From contig CACIRC010000001.1 of assembly GCA_902588895.1 (NCBI GenBank), positions 17,948 to 81,947 on the forward strand: a stretch of DNA of 64,000 nt, written 5' to 3'. This DNA comes from an uncultured Pelagibacteraceae bacterium. GTDB taxonomy: Bacteria > Pseudomonadota > Alphaproteobacteria > Pelagibacterales > Pelagibacteraceae. Below are positions 8,949 to 18,447 of the stretch, piece after piece (position 1 is the first letter of the stretch; every line of letters begins with the position of its first letter). A model generated the notes under the pieces. That model saw nothing but the letters and a program-made list of their open reading frames with translations. It ran no database searches and was not told where the DNA came from. A program made the translations under genes and the position numbers.

Positions 8949-9539
8949 ATGAATGAAAAAGCCCTAGAAAAGATACTAAATATATTTTTAAAAGAAGTTT
9001 TACCTTTAACTGAACAAGGTGTTGCTAAAGGTAGTAAAATATTTGGTGCCGCAATAATTAAAAAAGAAGATTTATCTCTTGTAGTTGCAGAAACAAACAA
9101 TGAAATAGAAAATCCATTGTGGCATGGTGAGATGCATACTCTTAAAAAATTTTATGAATTAGATGCAAATACAAGACCAAAAGAAAAAGACTGCATGTTC
9201 TTAAGTTCACATGAGCCTTGTAGTATGTGTTTGAGTGCAATCACATTTTCTGGATTTGATAATTTTTATTATTTGTTTCCGTATACTGCCACAAATAATG
9301 AATTTAATATTCCACACGATTTAAATATACTCAAAGAAGTATTTAAAATTAATGATGGAGAATATAATAAAGAAAATTCCTATTGGAAAAGTCAAAATAT
9401 AAACTTACTTATTGAAAATTTACCCACTTCAAAAAAAGAAAATATTTTAAAACAATTAGACGAAATTAAAAAAAAATATCAAATTTTATCAAATCAATAT
9501 CAGGAAAATAAGGATGGAAATTCTATACCATTAAATTAA
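8949..9539 (+). CDS. Cytidine-deaminase-fold nucleoside/nucleobase deaminase, substrate unknown
   Basis: Zn motifs HGE and EPCSMC; FGAAII. Confidence 0.85.
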   Translation: MNEKALEKILNIFLKEVLPLTEQGVAKGSKIFGAAIIKKEDLSLVVAETNNEIENPLWHGEMHTLKKFYELDANTRPKEKDCMFLSSHEPCSMCLSAITFSGFDNFYYLFPYTATNNEFNIPHDLNILKEVFKINDGEYNKENSYWKSQNINLLIENLPTSKKENILKQLDEIKKKYQILSNQYQENKDGNSIPLN

Positions 9540-9542
9540 GAA

Positions 9543-11033
9543 ATGAATACAAAACTTAAAATTTCAAATGTAACTAAAATATATCCTGGGTGTGTTGCAA
9601 ACGACAATGTTTCACTCGAATTTAATAGTGGTAAAATTTATGCTCTTCTTGGAGAAAATGGTGCTGGAAAATCTACACTAGTTAAAATTCTATCAGGTGT
9701 CATCATTCCTGATGAAGGTGAAATTTATTTAAATGAAAATAATCTAAAGCTCAATTCACCATCAGATGCAAAAAAAAATGATATTGGAATGGTATTCCAG
9801 CATTTTAATCTTTTTGAAACTTTATCCGTATTTGAAAACTTAATAATAGACTCAGATGAACAAAGGGAAGGTTTAAGAGAAAAAATTGATACAATTATGA
9901 AAAAATATAATTTTTCAATTGATCTTGATATTCCTGTTCTAAATTTATCAGCAGGTCAAAAACAGAAAGTGGAAATAATAAGATGCCTAATAAGGAGTCC
10001 AAAAGTTTTAATTATGGACGAACCAACATCTGTATTAACTGAACAAGAAACGAGTGAATTATTCTTATCTTTAAAAAAATTTTCAGAAGAAGGAATTTTA
10101 ATTATTTATATTACACATAAACTAAAGGAAGTTATGCAGCTTTGTGATGAAGTTGCTGTAATGAGAAGAGGAAAGTTAGTTTCTGTAAGTCAAATAAAGA
10201 ACGAAAATATTGAGTCACTTGCTAACAAAATGGTTGGTCAGAACTTAAAAACAATTAAGAAAAAAAAAGCAAAAACTTCATCAGATCAATTAATTAAAAT
10301 AACGAATCTTAATTTTACAAGTGAAGATCCTTTTGAAACAAATTTAATGGATATTAATTTTTCTGTTAATCGAGGGGAGTGTTTAGGAATTGCTGGTATA
10401 TCAGGAAACGGACAAAGTGAATTATTTCAAGTATTAAGTGGTGAAATTATTTCAGAAAAAAACTCTATAGAATTTAATAAAAATTATATAGGAGATTTAA
10501 ATCCTCAAGAAAGAAGAGAATATTTGATGGCTTTTTCTCCAGAGGATAGGCTTGAGCAAGCTGCAATCCCGCAAATGAAAATTTTTGAAAATGTGGCTTT
10601 AAATAATTTTAAATCATCAAATTTTTTTAATAATGGATTAATAAACGAAAACAAAATTAAAGAGCATTCCAAAAAAATAATTTCAGATTTTAATGTTAAT
10701 ACGGAAAACATTGAATTAAAAAGCCAATTTTTATCAGGAGGTAATCTTCAAAAATTAATTATTGGAAGAGAATTAATAACTTCTCCAGATTTATTAATTT
10801 GTTTTAATCCAACTTGGGGTCTAGATGTTGGAGCAATAAATTATATCCACGAAACTTTGATTAAAATCAATGAACAAAATAAATCAATTATATTGATATC
10901 TACAGACACTGATGAGTTATTAAAATTAAGTGATAAAATTTCAGTAATTCATAAAGGAAAATTGTCAAAAATTATGAATGCTGAAGAAGTTACCTCTGAA
11001 AAACTTGGGATACTAATGGGAGGAGCAAATTGA
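9543..11033 (+). CDS. Purine nucleoside/nucleobase ABC transporter ATPase, two NBDs (NupA/YufO-like)
   Basis: GENGAGKST, MVFQHF, MDEPT, LSGGNLQK, PTWGLDVG. Confidence 0.9.
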   Translation: MNTKLKISNVTKIYPGCVANDNVSLEFNSGKIYALLGENGAGKSTLVKILSGVIIPDEGEIYLNENNLKLNSPSDAKKNDIGMVFQHFNLFETLSVFENLIIDSDEQREGLREKIDTIMKKYNFSIDLDIPVLNLSAGQKQKVEIIRCLIRSPKVLIMDEPTSVLTEQETSELFLSLKKFSEEGILIIYITHKLKEVMQLCDEVAVMRRGKLVSVSQIKNENIESLANKMVGQNLKTIKKKKAKTSSDQLIKITNLNFTSEDPFETNLMDINFSVNRGECLGIAGISGNGQSELFQVLSGEIISEKNSIEFNKNYIGDLNPQERREYLMAFSPEDRLEQAAIPQMKIFENVALNNFKSSNFFNNGLINENKIKEHSKKIISDFNVNTENIELKSQFLSGGNLQKLIIGRELITSPDLLICFNPTWGLDVGAINYIHETLIKINEQNKSIILISTDTDELLKLSDKISVIHKGKLSKIMNAEEVTSEKLGILMGGAN

Positions 11034-12094
11034 TTAAAATCGTAAAAAGAGACCAACCATCAAGAGCTATTTTTTTCTTTACACCTGTGTTAGCAATTTT
11101 TCTAACATTAGTAGCGGGAGGTTTGATTTTTTTTATTTTAGGTTTTAAACCATTTGAAGCTCTTAAATTTTTTTTCATAGTTCCAATTGCAGATAAATAT
11201 GGTTTCAGTGAATTACTATTAAAAGCTACACCTCTTTGTTTAATAGCAATCGGTTTATCTTTTTGTTTTAAAAGTAATAACTGGAATATTGGAGCCGAAG
11301 GACAATTAACTTTTGGGGCGATAGTTTCTGGAGGAGTTGCATTATTATTTTATGAGCAAGAAGGTTTTTATATTCTTCCAATAGTAATTTTAGCTGGTGC
11401 AATCGGTGGCATGCTGTATGCGTCAATACCCGCTATCTTAAAAACTTACTTTAATACAAATGAAATATTAGTAAGTCTTATGTTGGTATATGTTTCAAAA
11501 TTAATTTTGGACTATCTTGTTGTTGGCCCTTGGAGCAATCCAGAGGGATTTAATTTTCCTGAAACCAGACAGTTCAGTGACTCTGCTAAACTTCCGTTAT
11601 TATTTGAAGGCCTAAGAATTCACGCAGGAATATTTTTAGCTTTAGCTGCAGTGGTTATCAGTTGGTTTGTTTTTTATAAAACGTATTTAGGGTTCCAAAT
11701 GAAAGTTTCAGGTTTTAGTTTAAAGACAGCAAAATATGCCGGATACAAAGGTAAAAAAATGATCATACTCGTTTTTTTAATAAGTGGTGCTTGCGCAGGT
11801 TTAGCTGGAGTTGGAGAAATAACTGGACCTATTGGACAGCTTCATAGAGAAATTTCTCCAGATTATGGTTTTACTGCTATAATTGTAGCGTTTTTAGGTC
11901 GTTTACATCCTGTTGGTATCATCTTTGCGTCTCTAGTTGTTGCAATAACTTATCTGGGTGCTGAAACAGCTCAAATATTTATGCAAATACCTAAATATAC
12001 TGGTCAGGTTTTTCAAGGAATGATTTTATTTTTTCTTCTTGCATCAGATTATTTACTTTTTTTCAAATTTAAATTTATAGGTTCAAAAAAATGA
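11030..12094 (+). CDS. ABC transporter permease 1 (BPD_transp_2)
   Basis: WNIGAEGQ, NEILVSLML, YGFTAIIVAFLG. Confidence 0.9.
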   Translation: MIKIVKRDQPSRAIFFFTPVLAIFLTLVAGGLIFFILGFKPFEALKFFFIVPIADKYGFSELLLKATPLCLIAIGLSFCFKSNNWNIGAEGQLTFGAIVSGGVALLFYEQEGFYILPIVILAGAIGGMLYASIPAILKTYFNTNEILVSLMLVYVSKLILDYLVVGPWSNPEGFNFPETRQFSDSAKLPLLFEGLRIHAGIFLALAAVVISWFVFYKTYLGFQMKVSGFSLKTAKYAGYKGKKMIILVFLISGACAGLAGVGEITGPIGQLHREISPDYGFTAIIVAFLGRLHPVGIIFASLVVAITYLGAETAQIFMQIPKYTGQVFQGMILFFLLASDYLLFFKFKFIGSKK

Positions 12095-13023
12095 TCATTG
12101 ATATAAATTTTATTGGACTGATAATTGCATCAATCATGGCCTCTGCTGTTCCTTTGATCTTAGCGTCTTGTGGTGAACTTATTACAGAAAGGTCTGGAGT
12201 GTTAAACCTTGGTGTTGAGGGAATGATGATCATTGGTGCTATTTCAGGTTTCGCATTAATGACTGTTACAGGAAGTTTAATTATTGCAATTTTTGGGGCA
12301 ATGTTAGCTGGAGTTTTAATTTCAACTATTTTTGCATTCCTTACTCAAACATTGATCACAAATCATGTTGCTACTGGTTTGGCGCTTACCATATTTGGAA
12401 TTGGTATTTCTGCGATGATAGGAAAAAATTTTGTAGGTATTCCTGGAAAAGAGTTTCCTGTTTTCTTTGAAGGTTTTAAAGACACAATACCACTTTTGGG
12501 TCCAATATTATTTGGACATTCAATTGTTTTTTATTTTGCTTTTGCCCTTCCCTTCATAACTAGCTATTTTTTAAAAAAAACGAAAATTGGATTAATTGTA
12601 AGAGCTGTAGGTGACTCACCTGAGTCTGCATCTAATCAAGGAATAAATGTTAGGTTGGTTCGTTACGCTTGTATACTTTATGGAGGCGCAATGAGTGGAC
12701 TTGCTGGTGCATATTTATCCATGATTTATACTCCTCAGTGGATTGAAAATATGACAGGTGGAAGAGGTTGGATCGCATTGGCTCTGGTGGTTTTCTCAAC
12801 GTGGAACCCAATTAAAATTTTAATTGGTGCTATGATTTTTGGTGGGTTAACAATAATTCAATTTCATATGCAGGCTATTGGAGTAAGAATACCTGTACAA
12901 TTTTTAACAGCGCTACCCTACATTGTTACAATAATAGTTTTGGTTGTAATTTCTCGTAATAGTAGAAAAATAAGGCTAAGTACTCCTAGTTCTCTGGGGA
13001 AATCTTTTTATAAAGACAATTAA
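12091..13023 (+). CDS. ABC transporter permease 2 (BPD_transp_2)
   Basis: ERSGVLNLGVEGMM, GRGWIALA, LPYIVT. Confidence 0.9.
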   Translation: MIIDINFIGLIIASIMASAVPLILASCGELITERSGVLNLGVEGMMIIGAISGFALMTVTGSLIIAIFGAMLAGVLISTIFAFLTQTLITNHVATGLALTIFGIGISAMIGKNFVGIPGKEFPVFFEGFKDTIPLLGPILFGHSIVFYFAFALPFITSYFLKKTKIGLIVRAVGDSPESASNQGINVRLVRYACILYGGAMSGLAGAYLSMIYTPQWIENMTGGRGWIALALVVFSTWNPIKILIGAMIFGGLTIIQFHMQAIGVRIPVQFLTALPYIVTIIVLVVISRNSRKIRLSTPSSLGKSFYKDN

Positions 13024-13101
13024 TTGTAAAATAATTATTTTTTTTTAGGTAATTTAATCTAAATTTAATCTTATTAAAAAATCAAAAGGGGAAATAAATT
13101 T

Positions 13102-14172
13102 ATGCATAAATTTTTTATTCGTTCTTTCGTCTCTTCTTTAGTTTTATTATTTACGTTTACTGTGGCTGCAATTGCAAAAGATGTTAAAGCAGCATTTGTT
13201 TATATTGGCCCAACTGGTGACCATGGATGGACATATCAGCATGATGTAGGTAGAAAAGCTGTTGAAGCTGCCGGATTTAAAACAACTTACGTAGAAGGTG
13301 TTCCAGAAAGTGCTGATGCTGAGAGAGTTCTTAGACAATTAGCTAATTCTGGTCATGATGTTATCTTTACAACTAGTTTTGGATATATGAATCCAACTAA
13401 CAAAGTTGCAAAAGAGTTTCCAAATGTAAAATTTGAACATGCTACTGGATATAAAAGAGAACATCCAAATGTTTCTACATACGCAGCTAGATTCTACGAA
13501 GGTAGAACAATCTTAGGAACAATCGCTGGAACTATGACAAAATCAAATGTTATTGGTTATGTGGCATCTTTTCCAATTCCTGAGGTTATCAGGGGTATCA
13601 ATTCATTTACTTTAGCGGCTCAAAAAGTTAATCCAAATATTAAGACTAAAATTGTTTGGGCTTTCACTTGGTACGATCCAGGTAAAGAAGCAGAGGCAGC
13701 AAAAGCTTTAATTGATCAAGGTGCCGATGTAATTGCTCAGCATACAGATAGTACTGCCATTGTTCAAATGGCTGAAAAAGCTGGAGTATATGCTTTTGGA
13801 CAAGCAAGTGATATGGATAAGTTTGCTCCTAAAGCTGTATTGACCTCAGTTGAAAACAATTGGGGACCATATTACGTGGACAGAGTTAAAGCTGTTGCGA
13901 ACGGTACATGGAATCAAAAAGATACTTGGCATGGTATTGGAGACGGTATGGTGGTGATATCAGATTTAGATTCACAAATGCCAGCTGACCTAAGATCAAA
14001 AGTTAAAAAACTTCAAGCAGATTTAGCATCTGGTAAAGTTCATTCTTTCACAGGACCAATTTATGACCAGAAAGGTAATTTAATGGTAGCAGAAGGAAAA
14101 ACTGCAGATGATGGAATGCTTGCAGGAATGATGACTTACGTTAAAGGTGTTGAAGGAGATATACCTAAGTAA
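13102..14172 (+). CDS. BMP-family periplasmic purine nucleoside/nucleobase binding protein
   Basis: Signal peptide, DHGWTYQH, TSFGY, WYDPGKE, QHTDS; SD-like AAGGGGA. Confidence 0.9.
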   Translation: MHKFFIRSFVSSLVLLFTFTVAAIAKDVKAAFVYIGPTGDHGWTYQHDVGRKAVEAAGFKTTYVEGVPESADAERVLRQLANSGHDVIFTTSFGYMNPTNKVAKEFPNVKFEHATGYKREHPNVSTYAARFYEGRTILGTIAGTMTKSNVIGYVASFPIPEVIRGINSFTLAAQKVNPNIKTKIVWAFTWYDPGKEAEAAKALIDQGADVIAQHTDSTAIVQMAEKAGVYAFGQASDMDKFAPKAVLTSVENNWGPYYVDRVKAVANGTWNQKDTWHGIGDGMVVISDLDSQMPADLRSKVKKLQADLASGKVHSFTGPIYDQKGNLMVAEGKTADDGMLAGMMTYVKGVEGDIPK

Positions 14173-14194
14173 TCAGTTTTCATTTAAAAATTTT

Positions 14195-14224
14195 AAAAGG
14201 CCGGTTTTTTAACTGGCCTTTTTT
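14195..14224. terminator. Bidirectional intrinsic terminator between the ABC operon and the uraH-xdh operon
   Basis: AAAAGGCCGGTT-TTTT-AACTGGCCTTTT, with A and T flanks. Confidence 0.85.
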
Positions 14225-14747
14225 ATGTATGATGTTTTTTTTTGATTTCTTCAATCCTTAATTCTTCATAAATTTCGAAGGGCTGTACTATCCAAGGATT
14301 ATCAGGAAGTCTATTTGCACAGAAGTCTGGCTCAAATGTTGATTTCTTTTTTTTAAATAATGTTGCGGTTTTAATGTCTTCTATTTTATCTTTAATGGGT
14401 TCGTATTTTTTTAACCAATCTATACTTTTGTTAAAAGTGATTCCTGTGTCAGATAAATCATCACATAGAAGTATTTTTCCACCCATATTGGGTGCTATCG
14501 AACTCATTTCTCTTGAAAATACAATATCACCTTGCTCATCCTCTACTCCCTTACCACTGTAAGACTCAACTGCAAGATACGCACATTTTAATTTAAAAAT
14601 TCTACTTAAAACATCTATCATCGGCGCTGCTCCACGCATGATGCCAATTAGTATGGTTGGTTTATATCCGCTCTCATCAATTTGGATTGCAAGCTTCTCA
14701 ACAGTTTTGTTGTACTCATCCCAGCTGACAATCATTTTTTCAGACAT
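14223..14747 (-). CDS. Purine phosphoribosyltransferase (xanthine/guanine/hypoxanthine PRT-like)
   Basis: PRPP motif ILLCDDLSDTG; IMRG; WIVQPFE; purine gene context. Confidence 0.8.
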   Translation of the reverse strand: MSEKMIVSWDEYNKTVEKLAIQIDESGYKPTILIGIMRGAAPMIDVLSRIFKLKCAYLAVESYSGKGVEDEQGDIVFSREMSSIAPNMGGKILLCDDLSDTGITFNKSIDWLKKYEPIKDKIEDIKTATLFKKKKSTFEPDFCANRLPDNPWIVQPFEIYEELRIEEIKKKHHT

Positions 14748-14763
14748 AATTTTTTATATCTAT

Positions 14764-15672
14764 TTATTTAAATAATAAAACTAAAACTGCAAGAACGATA
14801 AGTGCAATTATTGAGGATATTAAAATATACAACCTATGAATGTTTCTTCCTCTTAAATTAAAATAATGTCTTGCTACACCAGAAATAACAGCAATCGCAC
14901 ACAATATTAACCAATTATATTGATGATAAACTAAAAAGCTCGAATGCCCAGAAAGCATAATAAATAAAACTAAAAAAGTGGAATAATTATTATGAATTGA
15001 TCTCTGTTTAGCTGCTAGAGACAGACTCATATCAAATTTTTCACCTCTTTCACTACTACTAATTATGTTCATTTGATTGGGTATAATTACTGTAAAAACA
15101 TTACCAAACATATTAGTACCAATGATTAATCCAACACTTAAAATTGCAAATTTTGGTCCAAATAATTTTGTAAGTCCAAATGAAACAACTGCTAACAAAA
15201 TTATTCCTAAGGATATAAATAAAATGTTATTCTCAATTAATTTTGATTTACATAAAAGATCATAAATAAACCAAGCTACAATCAATGATAAAAGTGAGAT
15301 AATAATTGCATAACTAGGAGGCATTAGAAGAACACGCTTATCAACCATTAATACTCCAGCGTTATAATAGTAAATTACAACTAAGAGCAACATTCCTGTT
15401 ACAAAAGTTAAATAACTTTGCCACTTAAAGATTACTAATCTATTTAAGTAATCTTGAGGTGGAGATGTTTTTAACCTTGAAAGTTTATAAAAAAAACCAG
15501 AATGCATCAGATATCCTTCACCATCGATATCATCACTTGTTATATTTTTATTTAAATTATTATCTAAGTAATTAAATAAAAAACTATTACCTACCCATAA
15601 TATTGCAAATAATACATGGCCCCATCTAAGAATAACTTCTAACCATTTTATTGTATAAGGTAAAAATTCCAT
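14764..15672 (-). CDS. puuD: PuuD-type membrane urate oxidase, membrane domain only (no cytochrome c domain)
   Basis: RWGHV..ILWVG.SF, MHSGFFY, FKWQSY.T..TG, NVF.VIIPNQ, AKQRSIHNNY, RHYFN. No CxxCH. Confidence 0.85.
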   Translation of the reverse strand: MEFLPYTIKWLEVILRWGHVLFAILWVGNSFLFNYLDNNLNKNITSDDIDGEGYLMHSGFFYKLSRLKTSPPQDYLNRLVIFKWQSYLTFVTGMLLLVVIYYYNAGVLMVDKRVLLMPPSYAIIISLLSLIVAWFIYDLLCKSKLIENNILFISLGIILLAVVSFGLTKLFGPKFAILSVGLIIGTNMFGNVFTVIIPNQMNIISSSERGEKFDMSLSLAAKQRSIHNNYSTFLVLFIMLSGHSSFLVYHQYNWLILCAIAVISGVARHYFNLRGRNIHRLYILISSIIALIVLAVLVLLFK

Positions 15673-16142
15673 TAATATTTTATTTTATCTACTTTTTTAT
15701 CCCAAATTTCAAATGCTTTTAAAGCTTCATCTCTGAGCATTTGAACCATTTTAATTTTCCTATCATCAATTTTTTTTGGGATTTCTGTATAAATAAAGGA
15801 GTCATCGAAATCTATATTTTTTGCATCTTCTCTAGTATTTGCATAATATATTTTATCTAATCTTGACCAATAAATTGCTGAGAGACACATCGGACAAGGT
15901 TCACAAGATGTATAAATCTCACATCCAGAAAGATCAAAAGTATTTAAATTTTTACAGGCTTCTCTAATTGCAACTATTTCTCCATGAGCAGTTGGATCAT
16001 TTGAAGAAGTAACTTTATTTGAACCCTCTGCAATAATCTTATCATCCTTAACTATAACACTTCCAAAGGGACCGCCAATTGTATTTGCACTATCTATTGA
16101 AAGTTCAATAGCTTTCGCCATAAATTTTTTTTTATCTTCCAT
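15672..16142 (-). CDS. guaD: Guanine deaminase, CDA-fold (Bacillus GuaD type)
   Basis: GGPFG, NDPTAHGE, EPCPMC, FDDSFIY and C-terminal Tyr. Confidence 0.85.
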   Translation of the reverse strand: MEDKKKFMAKAIELSIDSANTIGGPFGSVIVKDDKIIAEGSNKVTSSNDPTAHGEIVAIREACKNLNTFDLSGCEIYTSCEPCPMCLSAIYWSRLDKIYYANTREDAKNIDFDDSFIYTEIPKKIDDRKIKMVQMLRDEALKAFEIWDKKVDKIKY

Positions 16143-16143
16143 T

Positions 16144-18447
16144 TTAATTTTTTATTTTATTTTTAATTTTGTTAATGCTCATTAAAATTCTTTCAGGGGT
16201 TGCTGGTGCATTTAGTTCTGGTGCAAACTGATAATTTCCAATTGAAGCAACTGCATCTTTTATTGCATAAAAAACACTCATGGCTAGCATCAAAGGGGGT
16301 TCACCAGTTGTTTTTGCTTTATTAACAACTTTTTCTTTGTTTAATCCCTCCTTAAAAATTTCTACATTAAATTTTTTTGGAATATCACTTACCGCAGGTA
16401 TTTTGTAAGTCGATGGAGAAAAAGTTGTAATCTGACCATCTGATTTCCATTTCAATTCCTCTATTGTTAGCCAGCCTTGCCCTTGAATAAAACCACCCTC
16501 TATCTGACCTAGTTCTAGGGCTGGATTTATTGGTTTACCGGCATCATGCAAGATATCCACTCTTTCCAGTATATTTTCACCAGTCAATGTATCTACAGTT
16601 ACTTCCGAAACAGCTGCTCCGTAACAAAAGTAATAAAAAGGTCTTCCTCTAAATTTTTTTTTATCAAAATTAATTTTTGGTGTTGAGTAGAAGCCTGATG
16701 AAGAAAGAGAAATTCTATTTAAATATGCCTCTTGAATTATGCTTTTAAATTCAAATTGTCTGTTTCCAAATATTATATATTGATCTTTATAAATTGCCTC
16801 TTGGTTGTAGATCTTATATTTTTTCTTAATAAATTTTTCTAAATTTAATTTAATTTTTGCTACTGCATTTAATGCTGCAGCACCATTAAGATCAGTTGTT
16901 GAAGAAGCGGCACTAGCTGAAGTATTTGGAACCTTGGCTGTATTTGTTGATGAAATATGAACTAAACTATACGGTAGTCCTAAAGAATTAGCCACTATTT
17001 GAGCTATCTTTGTGTGGGTCCCCTGACCCATTTCAATACCCCCATGATTTAAATAAACACTACCGTCTGTATAAATGTGAACTAAAGCTCCAGCTTGATT
17101 TAAATGAATTGTTGTAAAAGAAATGCCAAATTTTAATGGTGTAATAGCTATACCCTTCTTTTTAAATCTATTTTTTTCATTAAATTTTCTTATATCAGAA
17201 TATCTTTTCTTATAATTAGATTTATTTTCTAGATTTTTAAATATTTCGTTAATAACATTATCTTCAATTTTCATCCCATAATGAGTTACATTTCGTTTAT
17301 CTTTTTGATAAAAATTTTTCTTTCTGACTTCTATAGGATCTTTTTTTAAATACCTTGATATATTATCTATAATATTTTCTATAGCCATCATCCCTTGATT
17401 TCCACCGAAGCCTCTGAATGCAGTCGAAGTTGGAATATTTGTCTTGCATAGATTATTTATTACCTCAATATCTGGAATATAATATGCATTATCTATATGA
17501 AGCAAAGCTCTCTCATTTATTGCAGCTGATAAATCAGGTGACATTCCACAATTTGAGGATAAGTTTATTTTTAATCCTTCAATAATACCTTCATCATTAA
17601 AACCAACTTCATATTCAGATAAAAATTCATGTCTTTTACCAGTCAATATTATATCATCATCTCTATCTAATCTTAGTTTGACTGGCTGCCCTGATTTTTT
17701 TGCCAACAACGCACAAATACACGCTGTCATAAAATTTGTTTCCTTTCCTCCAAACCCACCTCCAATTCTTCTGACTTCAACATTTATTGAATTACTTTTT
17801 TGATTAAACATTTTTGCAATTAATTGTTGCGTTTCCGATGGATGTTGCGTTGAACTATAGACTAAAAAATTATCATCTTCTTTTGGAATAACAAAAGCTG
17901 CTTGACCCTCTAAATAAAAGTGCTCTTGACTTCCGGTTGTAAAATTTCCTTTTAAATTATTTTTTGAATTTTTTATTTTTTTAGAAGGGTTACCTTTTTT
18001 AACTTTTCTAGGTTTAAATAAAAATTGCTTCTTATTTAAAGCTTCTTTAATTGTAATAACAGGTTTTAAATCTTTATAGGTAACTTTAGCTTTTAATACT
18101 GCCTTTCTAGCAAGTTCTGTAGTTATAGCAGCTACAGCGAATAATGGCTGACCAAAAAACTCTACTTTTTTTTCTGGAAAGATTGGATCACCTTCAAAAA
18201 CAGGACCTACGTCATTCCTACCAGGGATATCTGTTTGAGTAACTACCGATATAACTCCTTCACTTTTTTTTACTTCAGTTAGGTCTATATTTTTGATTAT
18301 TGCATGGGCTTTTTTACTTAAACCAATAGCGCCATAAATTGTATTTTTTGGCTCATTAATATCATCGGTATACTCTGCATATCCACTGACATGCTTATAG
18401 GCACTATCATGTGGTCTTATTTCTTCAATATAGTTCTCTTTGCTCAT
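16144..18447 (-). CDS. xdhB: Xanthine dehydrogenase molybdopterin subunit
   Basis: HDSA, QEHFYLE, STQHPSE, GGGFGGKE, AFRGFGG, GEPPL. Confidence 0.95.
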   Translation of the reverse strand: MSKENYIEEIRPHDSAYKHVSGYAEYTDDINEPKNTIYGAIGLSKKAHAIIKNIDLTEVKKSEGVISVVTQTDIPGRNDVGPVFEGDPIFPEKKVEFFGQPLFAVAAITTELARKAVLKAKVTYKDLKPVITIKEALNKKQFLFKPRKVKKGNPSKKIKNSKNNLKGNFTTGSQEHFYLEGQAAFVIPKEDDNFLVYSSTQHPSETQQLIAKMFNQKSNSINVEVRRIGGGFGGKETNFMTACICALLAKKSGQPVKLRLDRDDDIILTGKRHEFLSEYEVGFNDEGIIEGLKINLSSNCGMSPDLSAAINERALLHIDNAYYIPDIEVINNLCKTNIPTSTAFRGFGGNQGMMAIENIIDNISRYLKKDPIEVRKKNFYQKDKRNVTHYGMKIEDNVINEIFKNLENKSNYKKRYSDIRKFNEKNRFKKKGIAITPLKFGISFTTIHLNQAGALVHIYTDGSVYLNHGGIEMGQGTHTKIAQIVANSLGLPYSLVHISSTNTAKVPNTSASAASSTTDLNGAAALNAVAKIKLNLEKFIKKKYKIYNQEAIYKDQYIIFGNRQFEFKSIIQEAYLNRISLSSSGFYSTPKINFDKKKFRGRPFYYFCYGAAVSEVTVDTLTGENILERVDILHDAGKPINPALELGQIEGGFIQGQGWLTIEELKWKSDGQITTFSPSTYKIPAVSDIPKKFNVEIFKEGLNKEKVVNKAKTTGEPPLMLAMSVFYAIKDAVASIGNYQFAPELNAPATPERILMSINKIKNKIKN

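Noticed and set aside
8882-9100. 72-aa minus-strand ORF overlapping the deaminase start
   Set aside because: Mostly antisense to the deaminase, with no motif or ribosome-binding signal.
14748-14766. puuD as a frameshifted pseudogene
   Set aside because: Only 16 bp separate its stop from the intact PRTase gene, leaving no cytochrome remnant, and the membrane motifs are intact.
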